A DNA stretch of 30,985 nt from a virus (lineage: Duplodnaviria > Caudoviricetes): the IMG/VR virus record IMGVR_UViG_3300032305_001116, positions 1 to 30,985 of that record. One strand, 5' to 3'. Under the pieces are notes generated by a model, which saw nothing but the letters and a program-made list of their open reading frames with translations, did not search any database and was not told the origin of the DNA. A program made the translations under genes and the position numbers. This document shows, piece by piece, positions 8,951 through 17,103 of this stretch (its first letter is position 1; each line of letters begins with the position of its first letter).

Positions 8951-10330
8951 TTATATAACGTACCATTTACGTTCCTTACCAAATCTTGTAAAAAAAGCAC
9001 AGCGAACCGCATCTAAACAATGGTTAAAGTTGTCGATTGGAGTATTGGTACTTTCTCCGTTCTGCATTATCCATTGGTAATTTTTTACCTCTGTTGCTAA
9101 ATTTTTACTTCTTTGTGTATAGAACACTTTATATTCTTTTAGTTTATTTATTCCTGCCAATACAGAACCTTTGCCTTTCTTCTGTGGTTTGACGTTGAAA
9201 TTCAATCGTAAGTCAGCTATTGACTTTGGTTCTGCACTATCTGCAAATATTTCAGCGTATGGGTCAACCCCATTTTTCTTTAGGCTATTAGCAATATCTT
9301 TATTTGTCATTTTAGTTGCATAAAACAATTCATCAAGATATATACTCTCACCTACCTTTGCCATCCTTACACAAGCAGTCGGGTCATTAGTAAATCCAAA
9401 GTCAAGACCATAAAATACTTCATCCACATCGGGAAAAGTATCGCACATCTGCCAATCTGGATAAACCAAACTTTCAGTTGCAGGTCTTGGGTCTTGTTGA
9501 TAGAGTGAATTAAAAATGATAGGACTTGACTCCTTAATCTTTTCTAACCTCTCTGCGGATTGTCTATCTTCCCAAAGAGCTTCTCCAATCTTTCTTTTAT
9601 CGTAACTCCTACCATCATCCTCACTTTCTCTTAAAGCAGGTAGGGTAATTATATGCCAATCGTTATCTCGCTTCTCTGCTCTGCCTAATGGGTCATCATT
9701 ATCCCATCTTGTAGCAATTAGTAATTGTTTACCATTATTTTGTAGACGACTCTCGGCTACCGAAGTAAACCAATCCCAAACCGTTTCTCTTACGTTTAAT
9801 GACTTTGCCTCACTATAATCTTTTATCAAGTCATCGCAAATCAAAACATCCACACTAAACCCTGTAAGAGAACCACCTGTTCCAACTGACTTTAAATAGC
9901 CTCTTTTGCCTATAACCTCAAACATATCGTTGTTACGAATAGCCTCGCCACTTCTTGGTTTAGCCAGTTTAGTTTCAGGGAATATCTTACGATACTCTGG
10001 ACTATCTATAATCTTTTGCACCTCCCTATTAAATCTTGATGCTAAATCAGCTGTATAGGAAGCGATAACTATTTTTAAGTCAGGGTTCACTCCGAGCAGG
10101 TAGGCAGGATATAGTTGGGTTGCCAGAGTGGACTTGCCATGTTGCGGAGGCATAGAAATCATTAACTTTTTATCATCGTCATCTCTATACAGCGTCATTA
10201 GCGATTCCATAATATGGGAATGAAACCAAGTCGCCTCAAAATCTTTTTTAATAAACCTTACAAAGAACGAGAAGTCATTACGTGCTAAATCAATAGCAGC
10301 CGACTCCAATAAATCATTATCTATCTTCAT
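8951..10330 (-). CDS. terL: Terminase large subunit
   Basis: Walker A MPPQHGKS, Walker B VLICDD, LYQQDP; nuclease motifs GLDFGFTNDP, ADSAEPKSI, NHCLDAVR. Confidence 0.95.
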   Translation of the reverse strand: MKIDNDLLESAAIDLARNDFSFFVRFIKKDFEATWFHSHIMESLMTLYRDDDDKKLMISMPPQHGKSTLATQLYPAYLLGVNPDLKIVIASYTADLASRFNREVQKIIDSPEYRKIFPETKLAKPRSGEAIRNNDMFEVIGKRGYLKSVGTGGSLTGFSVDVLICDDLIKDYSEAKSLNVRETVWDWFTSVAESRLQNNGKQLLIATRWDNDDPLGRAEKRDNDWHIITLPALRESEDDGRSYDKRKIGEALWEDRQSAERLEKIKESSPIIFNSLYQQDPRPATESLVYPDWQMCDTFPDVDEVFYGLDFGFTNDPTACVRMAKVGESIYLDELFYATKMTNKDIANSLKKNGVDPYAEIFADSAEPKSIADLRLNFNVKPQKKGKGSVLAGINKLKEYKVFYTQRSKNLATEVKNYQWIMQNGESTNTPIDNFNHCLDAVRCAFFTRFGKERKWYVI

Positions 10331-10796
10331 TCAATACACTCCCAGTTAAGTACCTTTCGGCTAATTGACGCTTCAACTCCTCATCCATATCAGAAACGTC
10401 TACTTTGGTTGTTTGTGTGGCTTGTATTTCTACGTTTTGTTTATCCGACCAACCATAATGGTTCTTTAGGGCAAAAATAGCCATAGTCGCATTAGTTTGG
10501 TTTTTCAACGCAGATTCAAAAATCCTATTCTCAAATCTTTGCTTTATATATTCAATACGCTCTAACTCGTATTCTAATTCCCTTCTCTTGCAAATCTGTT
10601 GGAGCGAACTCCACTTGCTTACTGTCATTCCTGCTACTTCTAAAGCAGAACCCATTGTCATTATCGTTGGGTCTTCCGTTACTCTCTCAATCTCGTCAAT
10701 CTTGATATTTATATCCTCCAAGCTCATAAGTTCAGGCTTCATCGGAATCAACCTTGTTCTATCGCTTCGAGTTAATGCTTTTATATCTTCAAGCAT
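10317..10796 (-). CDS. terS: Terminase small subunit (P22 gp3-like)
   Basis: AIFALKNHYGWSDKQ motif; directly upstream of terL. Confidence 0.8.
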   Translation of the reverse strand: MLEDIKALTRSDRTRLIPMKPELMSLEDINIKIDEIERVTEDPTIMTMGSALEVAGMTVSKWSSLQQICKRRELEYELERIEYIKQRFENRIFESALKNQTNATMAIFALKNHYGWSDKQNVEIQATQTTKVDVSDMDEELKRQLAERYLTGSVLNEDR

Positions 10797-10799
10797 AAA

Positions 10800-11057
10800 T
10801 TAAAATATATGTTCGTTTAAAGCGTCTAATACAAATTGAGCAGTAAATGGAAACCCAGTATGGTGAGGGCCAATATCAGTAACTTGGTCAGCCTTTATTT
10901 TTAAATCTACATTAGGGCCAACAAGTTCAACGTGAGTACCAGCATCATTTATTGTTCCCACAACACTAATATGGGTTTTATTCATTATAACAATGTCCTT
11001 CATACCAGTTTCGGTAATCACAACACCATTACTAACTACATTTATAGTAATTGCCAT
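10800..11057 (-). CDS. Hypothetical protein, first gene of the late arm
   Basis: 85-aa ORF with A-rich start context just downstream of a promoter. Confidence 0.7.
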   Translation of the reverse strand: MAITINVVSNGVVITETGMKDIVIMNKTHISVVGTINDAGTHVELVGPNVDLKIKADQVTDIGPHHTGFPFTAQFVLDALNEHIF

Positions 11058-11074
11058 CTTTTTTAATTAACGAG

Positions 11075-11107
11075 GCTAATATACAAATAATTTTCGTAAA
11101 AAGCAAA
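11075..11107 (-). promoter_or_regulatory. Late-arm promoter TTTG-N20-TATATTAGC
   Basis: Minus strand TTTG (11107-11104), 20-nt spacer, TATATTAGC (11083-11075). Confidence 0.7.
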
Positions 11108-11173
11108 TATGTTGATAATTAATTACACCGAGTTGCTTCAAATTGGGTCTAATTATAAATTTGTCAACAATAC

Positions 11174-11204
11174 TTGCATATTAATTAAATTTTACTTATG
11201 TTTG
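11174..11204 (+). promoter_or_regulatory. Bacteroidota promoter TTG-N20-TATGTTTG
   Basis: TTG 11174-11176 and TATGTTTG 11197-11204 match the TAnnTTTG consensus. Confidence 0.7.
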
Positions 11205-11209
11205 TATTA

Positions 11210-11430
11210 TGTTCGCAAGGCTTAAGCGAAGGAGGTGCTACACTTTATCTCACAAGGATATTGGAACGAGTAACTTGATTTATGGTATCAGTAAGTCAAT
11301 TCTATTAAAGAGTTTTGTTCGGGGGGGCTTCTTTTTCTCTTGTAATCCAAATCACTTAAAAAAACTCTCATCGTTTTTGCGTTAGCAAAAATAGCAAGAA
11401 GCTTTAGCTCTTGCGGTACTCTTTATGCCA
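11210..11430 (+). ncRNA. Putative structured ncRNA of unknown family
   Basis: Directly downstream of a consensus promoter, no convincing ORF, at least five hairpins (see findings). Confidence 0.5.
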
Positions 11431-11821
11431 GGTGTATCTAAACAGCATTTAGTTAATCAGACCTATATACTTTCCTATTTTTTCTACTAAAAATTTATTA
11501 CCCATCTAATTTCCTAAACCTATCTACTTTCTTAAAAATAGTACCCCCATATATTTCCCGAAGTGTATAACATTTATGTTAATGGTTGTAATTTATGCTG
11601 GGTTGTATAAATATGCCAAGGCGGCTTGGTTAAAAAAGTTTTGCTAAAGTTTTTTTTATTGCGTTAAAGTTAAACCAATCAATAGCTAATAGACAAGCAA
11701 ACTCTTATCGTTAAAGTTAAATTTATTTTACACCTACACACACCACTAAGCCACTTAACCAATAGTTAAACATTTAACTGCTAATTAAATTGTCACAGAA
11801 TTGTCATAAAGTATTATTTAG

Positions 11822-11852
11822 TTTGGTATATAATATATTCGTTATATATTTG
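11822..11852 (+). promoter_or_regulatory. Pre-early promoter TTTG-N19-TATATTTG
   Basis: Full match to the Bacteroidota -33/-7 consensus. Confidence 0.8.
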
Positions 11853-11923
11853 AATAAGCAAACAAGAGAGAGAAGTTTCTCTTATACTGAAAACACACAA
11901 ATTATAAACTAAAATTAAAAAAA

Positions 11924-12148
11924 ATGAAAATCTCAGAACTAATCAAACAATTAGAATTAATAGCAGAAAAACATGGTGACGTTGATATGCGTTTTAGTAT
12001 ATCCGATTATTACAGCACGTATGCAAGCGAAGCTATTTTTATTAAAGAGTTAGGGTGTATGAATAAAGACGCTAATTGGTATACCCTTAAATTATCTTTA
12101 AGAAACGACGAAGACGGTAAACATCCAAAAGTAACATTTAGAAAATAA
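11924..12148 (+). CDS. Pre-early hypothetical protein
   Basis: 74 aa, MKISELIKQLE...HGD start typical of small phage proteins; A-rich leader. Confidence 0.75.
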   Translation: MKISELIKQLELIAEKHGDVDMRFSISDYYSTYASEAIFIKELGCMNKDANWYTLKLSLRNDEDGKHPKVTFRK

Positions 12149-12157
12149 GAATAAATT

Positions 12158-12177
12158 GGGGGCTAACAACCCCCTTT
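12158..12177 (+). terminator. Intergenic GC hairpin
   Basis: GGGGG-CTAACAA-CCCCC-TTT. Confidence 0.5.
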
Positions 12178-12189
12178 AAAAAACAAATC

Positions 12190-12300
12190 ATGAAAAACTC
12201 AATCATCAACACAATATTAAACGTTTTATCTTTTATCTATTTATCATTAATAGGCTTAGGTATTATTAGCCTTATATTAATAAGCTTAAAAGTATTTTAA
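12190..12300 (+). CDS. Small single-TM peptide (36 aa; not in ORF track)
   Basis: MKNSIINTILNVLSFIYLSLIGLGIISLILISLKVF*; good A-rich start context. Confidence 0.65.
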   Translation: MKNSIINTILNVLSFIYLSLIGLGIISLILISLKVF

Positions 12301-12356
12301 AGTATTAAATTTAACCAACTCACAAAAACCCACAAACCAAACCCAAACCAAACACC

Positions 12357-12578
12357 ATGAAAACTTTAACCACCACAGAAAGTCAAATTTTAGAATTAGC
12401 GTCCGAATTAGCACACAATAGGGCGGCTGACTATTTATTTAACGACGAATTAATAAGTGACGAGGACGATATGTTCATTGAAAAAGATGGTATTTTAATT
12501 TATACAGATAGGTCTCAAGATGAATTCAACAGGTGCTATGACTATTATTTAACTATCATAAACTCAATTTTAAAATAA
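12357..12578 (+). CDS. Pre-early acidic hypothetical protein
   Basis: 73 aa, D/E-rich, preceded by a long unstructured A/C leader. Confidence 0.75.
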   Translation: MKTLTTTESQILELASELAHNRAADYLFNDELISDEDDMFIEKDGILIYTDRSQDEFNRCYDYYLTIINSILK

Positions 12579-12583
12579 AAGCC

Positions 12584-12682
12584 ATGAAAGATAAAATAAC
12601 CCTAAAAACTGTATTTATTGTACTTTGCTTTTTTGCAGTACTAATCTTAACAAATTATTTAACCAATTTAATCATTAACTAA
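12584..12682 (+). CDS. Small single-TM peptide (32 aa; not in ORF track)
   Basis: MKDKITLKTVFIVLCFFAVLILTNYLTNLIIN*; fills the gap between its neighbours. Confidence 0.65.
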   Translation: MKDKITLKTVFIVLCFFAVLILTNYLTNLIIN

Positions 12683-12684
12683 TC

Positions 12685-13506
12685 ATGAAAAAAGTAGTTT
12701 CACCTCAACAAGTTGCCCACCTATTCGCTAATCAATTACAAGAGGAGGCGTATACCCCAACACGAAATTTAAAGTTTTATAAAGAGTGTATTTATTCGTA
12801 TGGTTATCATTTTTGTATCGCTAAATTTATAGATGATAATACTTTATTATTTACAGAACGTGGGTACTCAAATACAACCACACAACATATAAGCATAGTA
12901 CGCCACGCAACAAGCCATATCGATAAAATATATTGTGCTTATCCGACGGGCACGCATGATGAAAATTTTAAGTACTGGCAAAATGATGCTGAATATATAA
13001 TAAAAAAGCTAAGCAACGCACGAAAGCCCGAAATATATATCCAACAATTAGGCGAAATAAAAGAAAAAGCAAATAAATACGCAAATTATTTTAAAATAGC
13101 ACTACCCTTAACGCTTGAAAAAGCCCTTAGTATTACCGAAAAAGCCGAAATAGTTGAGTATTATAATACAAAATTGGCAATAATCAAAAAAGAGGAGCAA
13201 ATAAAAGCCAAAAAAGAGGCCAAAGAGCATAAAGAGGAGTTAAAAAAGTGGCGGACGTTTGAAAAAGCACGTCTGTATACCCGCTTAGGCTATGATTATT
13301 TACGCAAAGGCGATACAGAGTTTGAAACATCGCAAGGGGTCAAAATACCTTTGGCGGTAGGGTTGCGTTTTTATCAAAGTATTAAAGAGGGTTTAAAAGT
13401 TGATAAGTTTTTAAGTTATGATGTTAGCGAAATAACCAAAGATTATATCAAAATAGGTTGCCACAAAATAACATTTAATGAAATAGAAAAAGTAATAAGT
13501 ATTTAA
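12685..13506 (+). CDS. Pre-early hypothetical protein (273 aa)
   Basis: VAHLFANQ...IYSYGYHFCIA...YSNTTTQH...ETSQG...IGCH; function unknown. Confidence 0.8.
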   Translation: MKKVVSPQQVAHLFANQLQEEAYTPTRNLKFYKECIYSYGYHFCIAKFIDDNTLLFTERGYSNTTTQHISIVRHATSHIDKIYCAYPTGTHDENFKYWQNDAEYIIKKLSNARKPEIYIQQLGEIKEKANKYANYFKIALPLTLEKALSITEKAEIVEYYNTKLAIIKKEEQIKAKKEAKEHKEELKKWRTFEKARLYTRLGYDYLRKGDTEFETSQGVKIPLAVGLRFYQSIKEGLKVDKFLSYDVSEITKDYIKIGCHKITFNEIEKVISI

Positions 13507-13524
13507 AAGATTATAAAATAAATT

Positions 13525-13549
13525 AGGGGGCTTTATGCCCTCTTTTTTT
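13525..13549 (+). terminator. Intrinsic terminator of the pre-early block
   Basis: AGGGGGC-TTTAT-GCCCTCT followed by a T-run. Confidence 0.8.
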
Positions 13550-13551
13550 AT

Positions 13552-13600
13552 CCCCTTTGCAGGTGTATTTAGTTTGGTTCGATACCAAACAAGGGGCCTA
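13552..13600 (+). ncRNA. tRNA-like mini-element (acceptor-like stem + T-arm, no anticodon arm)
   Basis: CCCCTT/AAGGGG encloses GTTTGG-TTCGATA-CCAAAC. Confidence 0.55.
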
Positions 13601-13925
13601 AAATAAAGCCGATACAAGGGCTTAAAAATGTTCTTTGATATATTACTACCAAAATAAAATTTTAGGCTTTTATAGGGCTTTTAAATATGTCCATACTATT
13701 TATACCTATTTATACTAATTAATTAGACGTAAAATAAGCCGATATAAGCCACGCAAATTTAAAATAGTAGTAATGTATTAAATATAAAAGATAATTGAAT
13801 ACAGGGCCTTAAAATAGCCTTAAATTAAAAATAGATAAACATAAACAAAGAAAGGAAACACAAAATTTGAACAAAGAAAAGCAAAAATATAGCACTAAAT
13901 AGGCAAAATGTAGGTATACCTATGC

Positions 13926-14052
13926 GATTTTTGGATACCCCTATCTGATTTTTGAATATACCCATGTACTTTCCGATTTCCGAACAGCTGGCAATTTTTG
14001 GATAATTTTTGGATAAATACTTCCCGATTTTTGGATAAATAATTTTTGAATA
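13926..14052 (+). repeat. Array of six RATTTTTGRATA direct repeats
   Basis: Copies start at 13926, 13947, 13993, 14004, 14026, 14041, with a degenerate copy at 13975. Confidence 0.85.
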
Positions 14053-14095
14053 TATATTTTACGAAAAACTTAACAATAATTTAACACAAAATAAT

Positions 14096-14127
14096 TTTGC
14101 AGTTATAAAACTAATACCTTATCTTTG
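14096..14127 (+). promoter_or_regulatory. Early/middle promoter TTTG-N20-TATCTTTG
   Basis: Full Bacteroidota consensus ~40 nt before ATG 14169. Confidence 0.8.
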
Positions 14128-14168
14128 ACAATAACAAATTAATTAATCAACAACAAAAACCAAAAACA

Positions 14169-14588
14169 ATGACCCAATTACTAAAAACAATCAACAAGAG
14201 AGATTTACAAGACGTATATTCTTTCTTAAAACAAATTGGCCACGACTTATCAGGAGTGGAAACAATTACACCTGCTACCTTGTATAATGATACAGATGGC
14301 AAGCCAGTAGTAGAGCTTGAGGTATATTCTAATGAATCTTACCCATATTACTTTACCCTACCCCAGACGATTTTCGAGAAGTATGGTAACGAATTTTTTG
14401 AACAGGAGTTGCAATTTTTGGAAGTGGACGCTGATTGGAACGATTCCTTAAAAGTTATCCTAACATCAGAATCACCTGCTATCACTTGGTATGGGGAATA
14501 TGCCGACAAGAGAGATAAAGTTGCTTGTAGCCAATATTTATTAACCCAATTTTTGAACGATTTAACATCAGAACTTTTATTAGCTTAA
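14169..14588 (+). CDS. Hypothetical acidic protein
   Basis: 139-aa ORF, first after the promoter. Confidence 0.75.
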   Translation: MTQLLKTINKRDLQDVYSFLKQIGHDLSGVETITPATLYNDTDGKPVVELEVYSNESYPYYFTLPQTIFEKYGNEFFEQELQFLEVDADWNDSLKVILTSESPAITWYGEYADKRDKVACSQYLLTQFLNDLTSELLLA

Positions 14589-14590
14589 TT

Positions 14591-14860
14591 ATGGAAACCA
14601 AAAACAAAGGAAAAATCTTCAGCGTAAGATTTGTAAAGAAAGACGGTACTACCCGATTTATGAAATGTAGAACAGGAGTTACTGCAAAACTAAAAGGAGG
14701 TGAATTGCCTTACGACCCTACGAGCAAAGGATTGAAACCAGTTTTTGATTTGGCTTGTAACGATTACAGAATGGTAAACCTAAATACTGTTTACGAAGTT
14801 ACTTTTAAAGGTAAAACTTACCTAAACGATAAAGCAAAAGAATTATTAATCACTTTATAA
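14591..14860 (+). CDS. WYL_2 / SH3-like beta-barrel protein
   Basis: FSVRFVKKDGTTRFM...VFD...YRMVN motif. Confidence 0.7.
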   Translation: METKNKGKIFSVRFVKKDGTTRFMKCRTGVTAKLKGGELPYDPTSKGLKPVFDLACNDYRMVNLNTVYEVTFKGKTYLNDKAKELLITL

Positions 14861-14869
14861 AAAACAATT

Positions 14870-15031
14870 ATGGGAAAAACAAAATTATTAGTAGACCATA
14901 GCTTCACTCCGATTGAAATATCAAGAATGAAGTATTATCGGTTACTTGAAGAACAAATACTATTCAAAGCAAACAAACAAGAGCCGAAACCTAAAAGATT
15001 TTTTAACCTATTAAAAAGAACAGCAATATGA
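14870..15031 (+). CDS. Hypothetical protein (53 aa; not in ORF track)
   Basis: MGKTKLLVDHSF...KRTAI*; ATGA overlap with the next gene. Confidence 0.65.
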   Translation: MGKTKLLVDHSFTPIEISRMKYYRLLEEQILFKANKQEPKPKRFFNLLKRTAI

Positions 15032-15441
15032 AGATAACAGTAGAACAAGGAGAAAAGATAAGAAAGTCCCTTGCAAAAATGAAGATTCTTAATCGACTAA
15101 TGGATTTTGAATATAATATGGAAATGCCAGATGTGGCAAAGTCATCGCTGGTAAGAAACCACGTCGCTAAAATGAAGACATCTATACAACAAATAGAAAT
15201 TAACCTAAACCACGTTATTCGCACAAAAGAGTCGGACGTATTAGATGAGTTCTGCGGCGAGTTATTGGATAGCCTTACTATATTATCAATGATGAGTTTA
15301 GAGTCGCTACAATCGTTTAATAATGACCTTAAGGAGTTTTTAAAGGAGCAGGAAGAAGTTGTAGAAGAGATTCCCGATTTTCAAGGTACGATGGATGGCT
15401 TAAATGATTTAACAATTAGAAAGAGTAAAGATGAGGCTTAG
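15028..15441 (+). CDS. Hypothetical helical protein
   Basis: 137-aa ORF coupled to both neighbours. Confidence 0.7.
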   Translation: MKITVEQGEKIRKSLAKMKILNRLMDFEYNMEMPDVAKSSLVRNHVAKMKTSIQQIEINLNHVIRTKESDVLDEFCGELLDSLTILSMMSLESLQSFNNDLKEFLKEQEEVVEEIPDFQGTMDGLNDLTIRKSKDEA

Positions 15442-15646
15442 TGATTATCGTAAAAATAGAGGCTTAACGCAAGGCGAAGTAGCCAGTAGAATGGGAGTTA
15501 CCCAAGTTTATGTGAGTTTGATAGAATCAAGACAAAACCCAACGATAAAAACATTGAGAGCTTATTTTAATGCAATGGGATATACTCTTGACCTTGAGCC
15601 AAAGTTTGTAGGCTATAACGCACTAACAAAAAGAAAAGACAAATAA
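15431..15646 (+). CDS. XRE-family HTH regulator
   Basis: YRKNRGLTQGEVASRMGVTQVYVSLIES-QNPTIKTL. Confidence 0.9.
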   Translation: MRLSDYRKNRGLTQGEVASRMGVTQVYVSLIESRQNPTIKTLRAYFNAMGYTLDLEPKFVGYNALTKRKDK

Positions 15647-15684
15647 TTATTAACAATTTTAACTTAAACTTAAACAATTTAACT

Positions 15685-15831
15685 ATGGACGCAAATTTAA
15701 AAAAATTAATCGAGAACCAACAGGATGAAATTATGGCTTTGGAGCAAGAACTCGCAGAAAAAGCAGAAATTATCAGAAATTTAATAGATATTATTAACAA
15801 ACAAGAAGAAATTATCAACAAAAATTCGTAA
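15685..15831 (+). CDS. Small coiled-coil protein (48 aa; not in ORF track)
   Basis: MDANLKKLIENQQDEIMALEQELAEK... Confidence 0.6.
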   Translation: MDANLKKLIENQQDEIMALEQELAEKAEIIRNLIDIINKQEEIINKNS

Positions 15832-15840
15832 ATTAGAGGT

Positions 15841-16287
15841 ATGAAAAATTTTATTACAAAGATGGTCAAAATTCAAAGTGAATTAAAAGCACCAAAGAAC
15901 CAAACAAATTCGTTTGGAAAATACAAGTACAGAAGTTGCGAGGATATTATCGAAGCATTAAAGCCACTATTATCAAAAGAAGGCTTATACCTTAACATTT
16001 CCGATGAGATTGTAGAAGTTGGAGGTAAAAACTATGTAAAGGCAGTAGCAACAATTTTTGATGGCGAGAATCAAATTTCATCTTCAGCAGTAGCAAGAGA
16101 ATCTATTGACAAGAAAGGAATGGATGATGCACAGCAAACAGGAGCCACAAGCAGTTATGCACGAAAATATGCGCTCAATGGGCTTTTTGGAATAGATGAC
16201 CAGAAGGATGCAGATGCTACAAATACTCATAGTAAGGACTCACAACCTGCCAAAGTTTTTCAACCTTCCAATAATTTTAACCTATAA
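15841..16287 (+). CDS. erf: ERF-family single-strand annealing protein
   Basis: IQSELKAPK, YKYRSCEDI, QQTGATSSYARKYALNGLF..DDQKDAD. Confidence 0.93.
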   Translation: MKNFITKMVKIQSELKAPKNQTNSFGKYKYRSCEDIIEALKPLLSKEGLYLNISDEIVEVGGKNYVKAVATIFDGENQISSSAVARESIDKKGMDDAQQTGATSSYARKYALNGLFGIDDQKDADATNTHSKDSQPAKVFQPSNNFNL

Positions 16288-16460
16288 TGGAAAAGAGCAT
16301 ATTGGGATGGGTATTAATTACCACATCGGCACTAATTTTTGGAAAAGCATTTAGGCTTTTAGACATTGAGTGGTTTTGGGCTTTCTTTCCTTTTATCTTT
16401 ACAATGGTAACATCAATTATTTTTTTATTATTAACCAAAAAAGACAATGGAGAAAAATAA
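16287..16460 (+). CDS. Small two-TM membrane protein (57 aa; not in ORF track)
   Basis: MEKSILGWVLITTSALIFGKAFRLLDIEWFWAFFPFIF...; TAATG coupling to erf. Confidence 0.65.
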   Translation: MEKSILGWVLITTSALIFGKAFRLLDIEWFWAFFPFIFTMVTSIIFLLLTKKDNGEK

Positions 16461-17103
16461 ATATATTCCTCACGGTTCTGAAGAATGGCATAAGGTAAGA
16501 AGTGGTAGGTTTACTCCAAGTGAACTCCATAGATTAATGACAGAGCCAAGAACGAAGTCAGAGCTTATTTCCGAAGGTGCTAAAACATATATCAAAGAAA
16601 AGGTTGCAGAAACTTTAACTGTCGATATAAGCAATGAGAAAATGTTTAGAGGCAATGAAGCTACCGAATGGGGAAACTCTTACGAGAACGAAGCCATCCA
16701 AGTATTTTCTGAATTTATTAACCAACCTATTATCCCCAGTGGATTTATAATTTATGATGAGAACTTTGGTGGAACTCCTGATGGTGTTTGTGAAGATGGT
16801 ACTTTTGGTATCGAAATTAAGTGTCCTTATAATATCGCTATTCATTTGGATAATCTTCTTCTTGATTCAGATACTTTTAAGAAATACCGTAAAGAGTATT
16901 ATTGGCAAATTCAAGGCTATTCTTTATTAACAGGAATTAACGATTGGTATTTTATTTCTTATGACCCACGTCAGTTAAAGTACAACTTAAAGGTCTTGCC
17001 AATAAAAAGAAATGAGGATGACATACAATTAATAAAAGAAAAATTAGGACTTGCAATAGAATATAAACAACAATTAATTAATAATTTAAAACAACAAAAA
17101 TGA
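16447..17103 (+). CDS. YqaJ / lambda-exonuclease family nuclease
   Basis: GSEEWHKVRSGRFTPS, WGNSYE, GTPDG, EIKCP, YYWQIQ, FISYDPR. Confidence 0.93.
   Translation: MEKNKYIPHGSEEWHKVRSGRFTPSELHRLMTEPRTKSELISEGAKTYIKEKVAETLTVDISNEKMFRGNEATEWGNSYENEAIQVFSEFINQPIIPSGFIIYDENFGGTPDGVCEDGTFGIEIKCPYNIAIHLDNLLLDSDTFKKYRKEYYWQIQGYSLLTGINDWYFISYDPRQLKYNLKVLPIKRNEDDIQLIKEKLGLAIEYKQQLINNLKQQK

Noticed and set aside
11209-11385. Leaderless 58-aa ORF (MFARLKRRRC...)
   Set aside because: No recognisable protein features, atypical codons, and it overlaps dense stem-loops; ncRNA is more plausible, though the ORF is not excluded
13552-13600. Bona fide tRNA gene or attP site
   Set aside because: No D or anticodon arm, no CCA, and no integrase recognised; kept only as a tRNA-like element
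13926-14052. CRISPR mini-array
   Set aside because: Repeats are only 12 bp with irregular, mostly very short spacers and no cas genes
15431-15646. Lysogeny module (CI/Cro switch)
   Set aside because: A single short XRE gene in mid-operon, with no divergent repressor, integrase or partition genes
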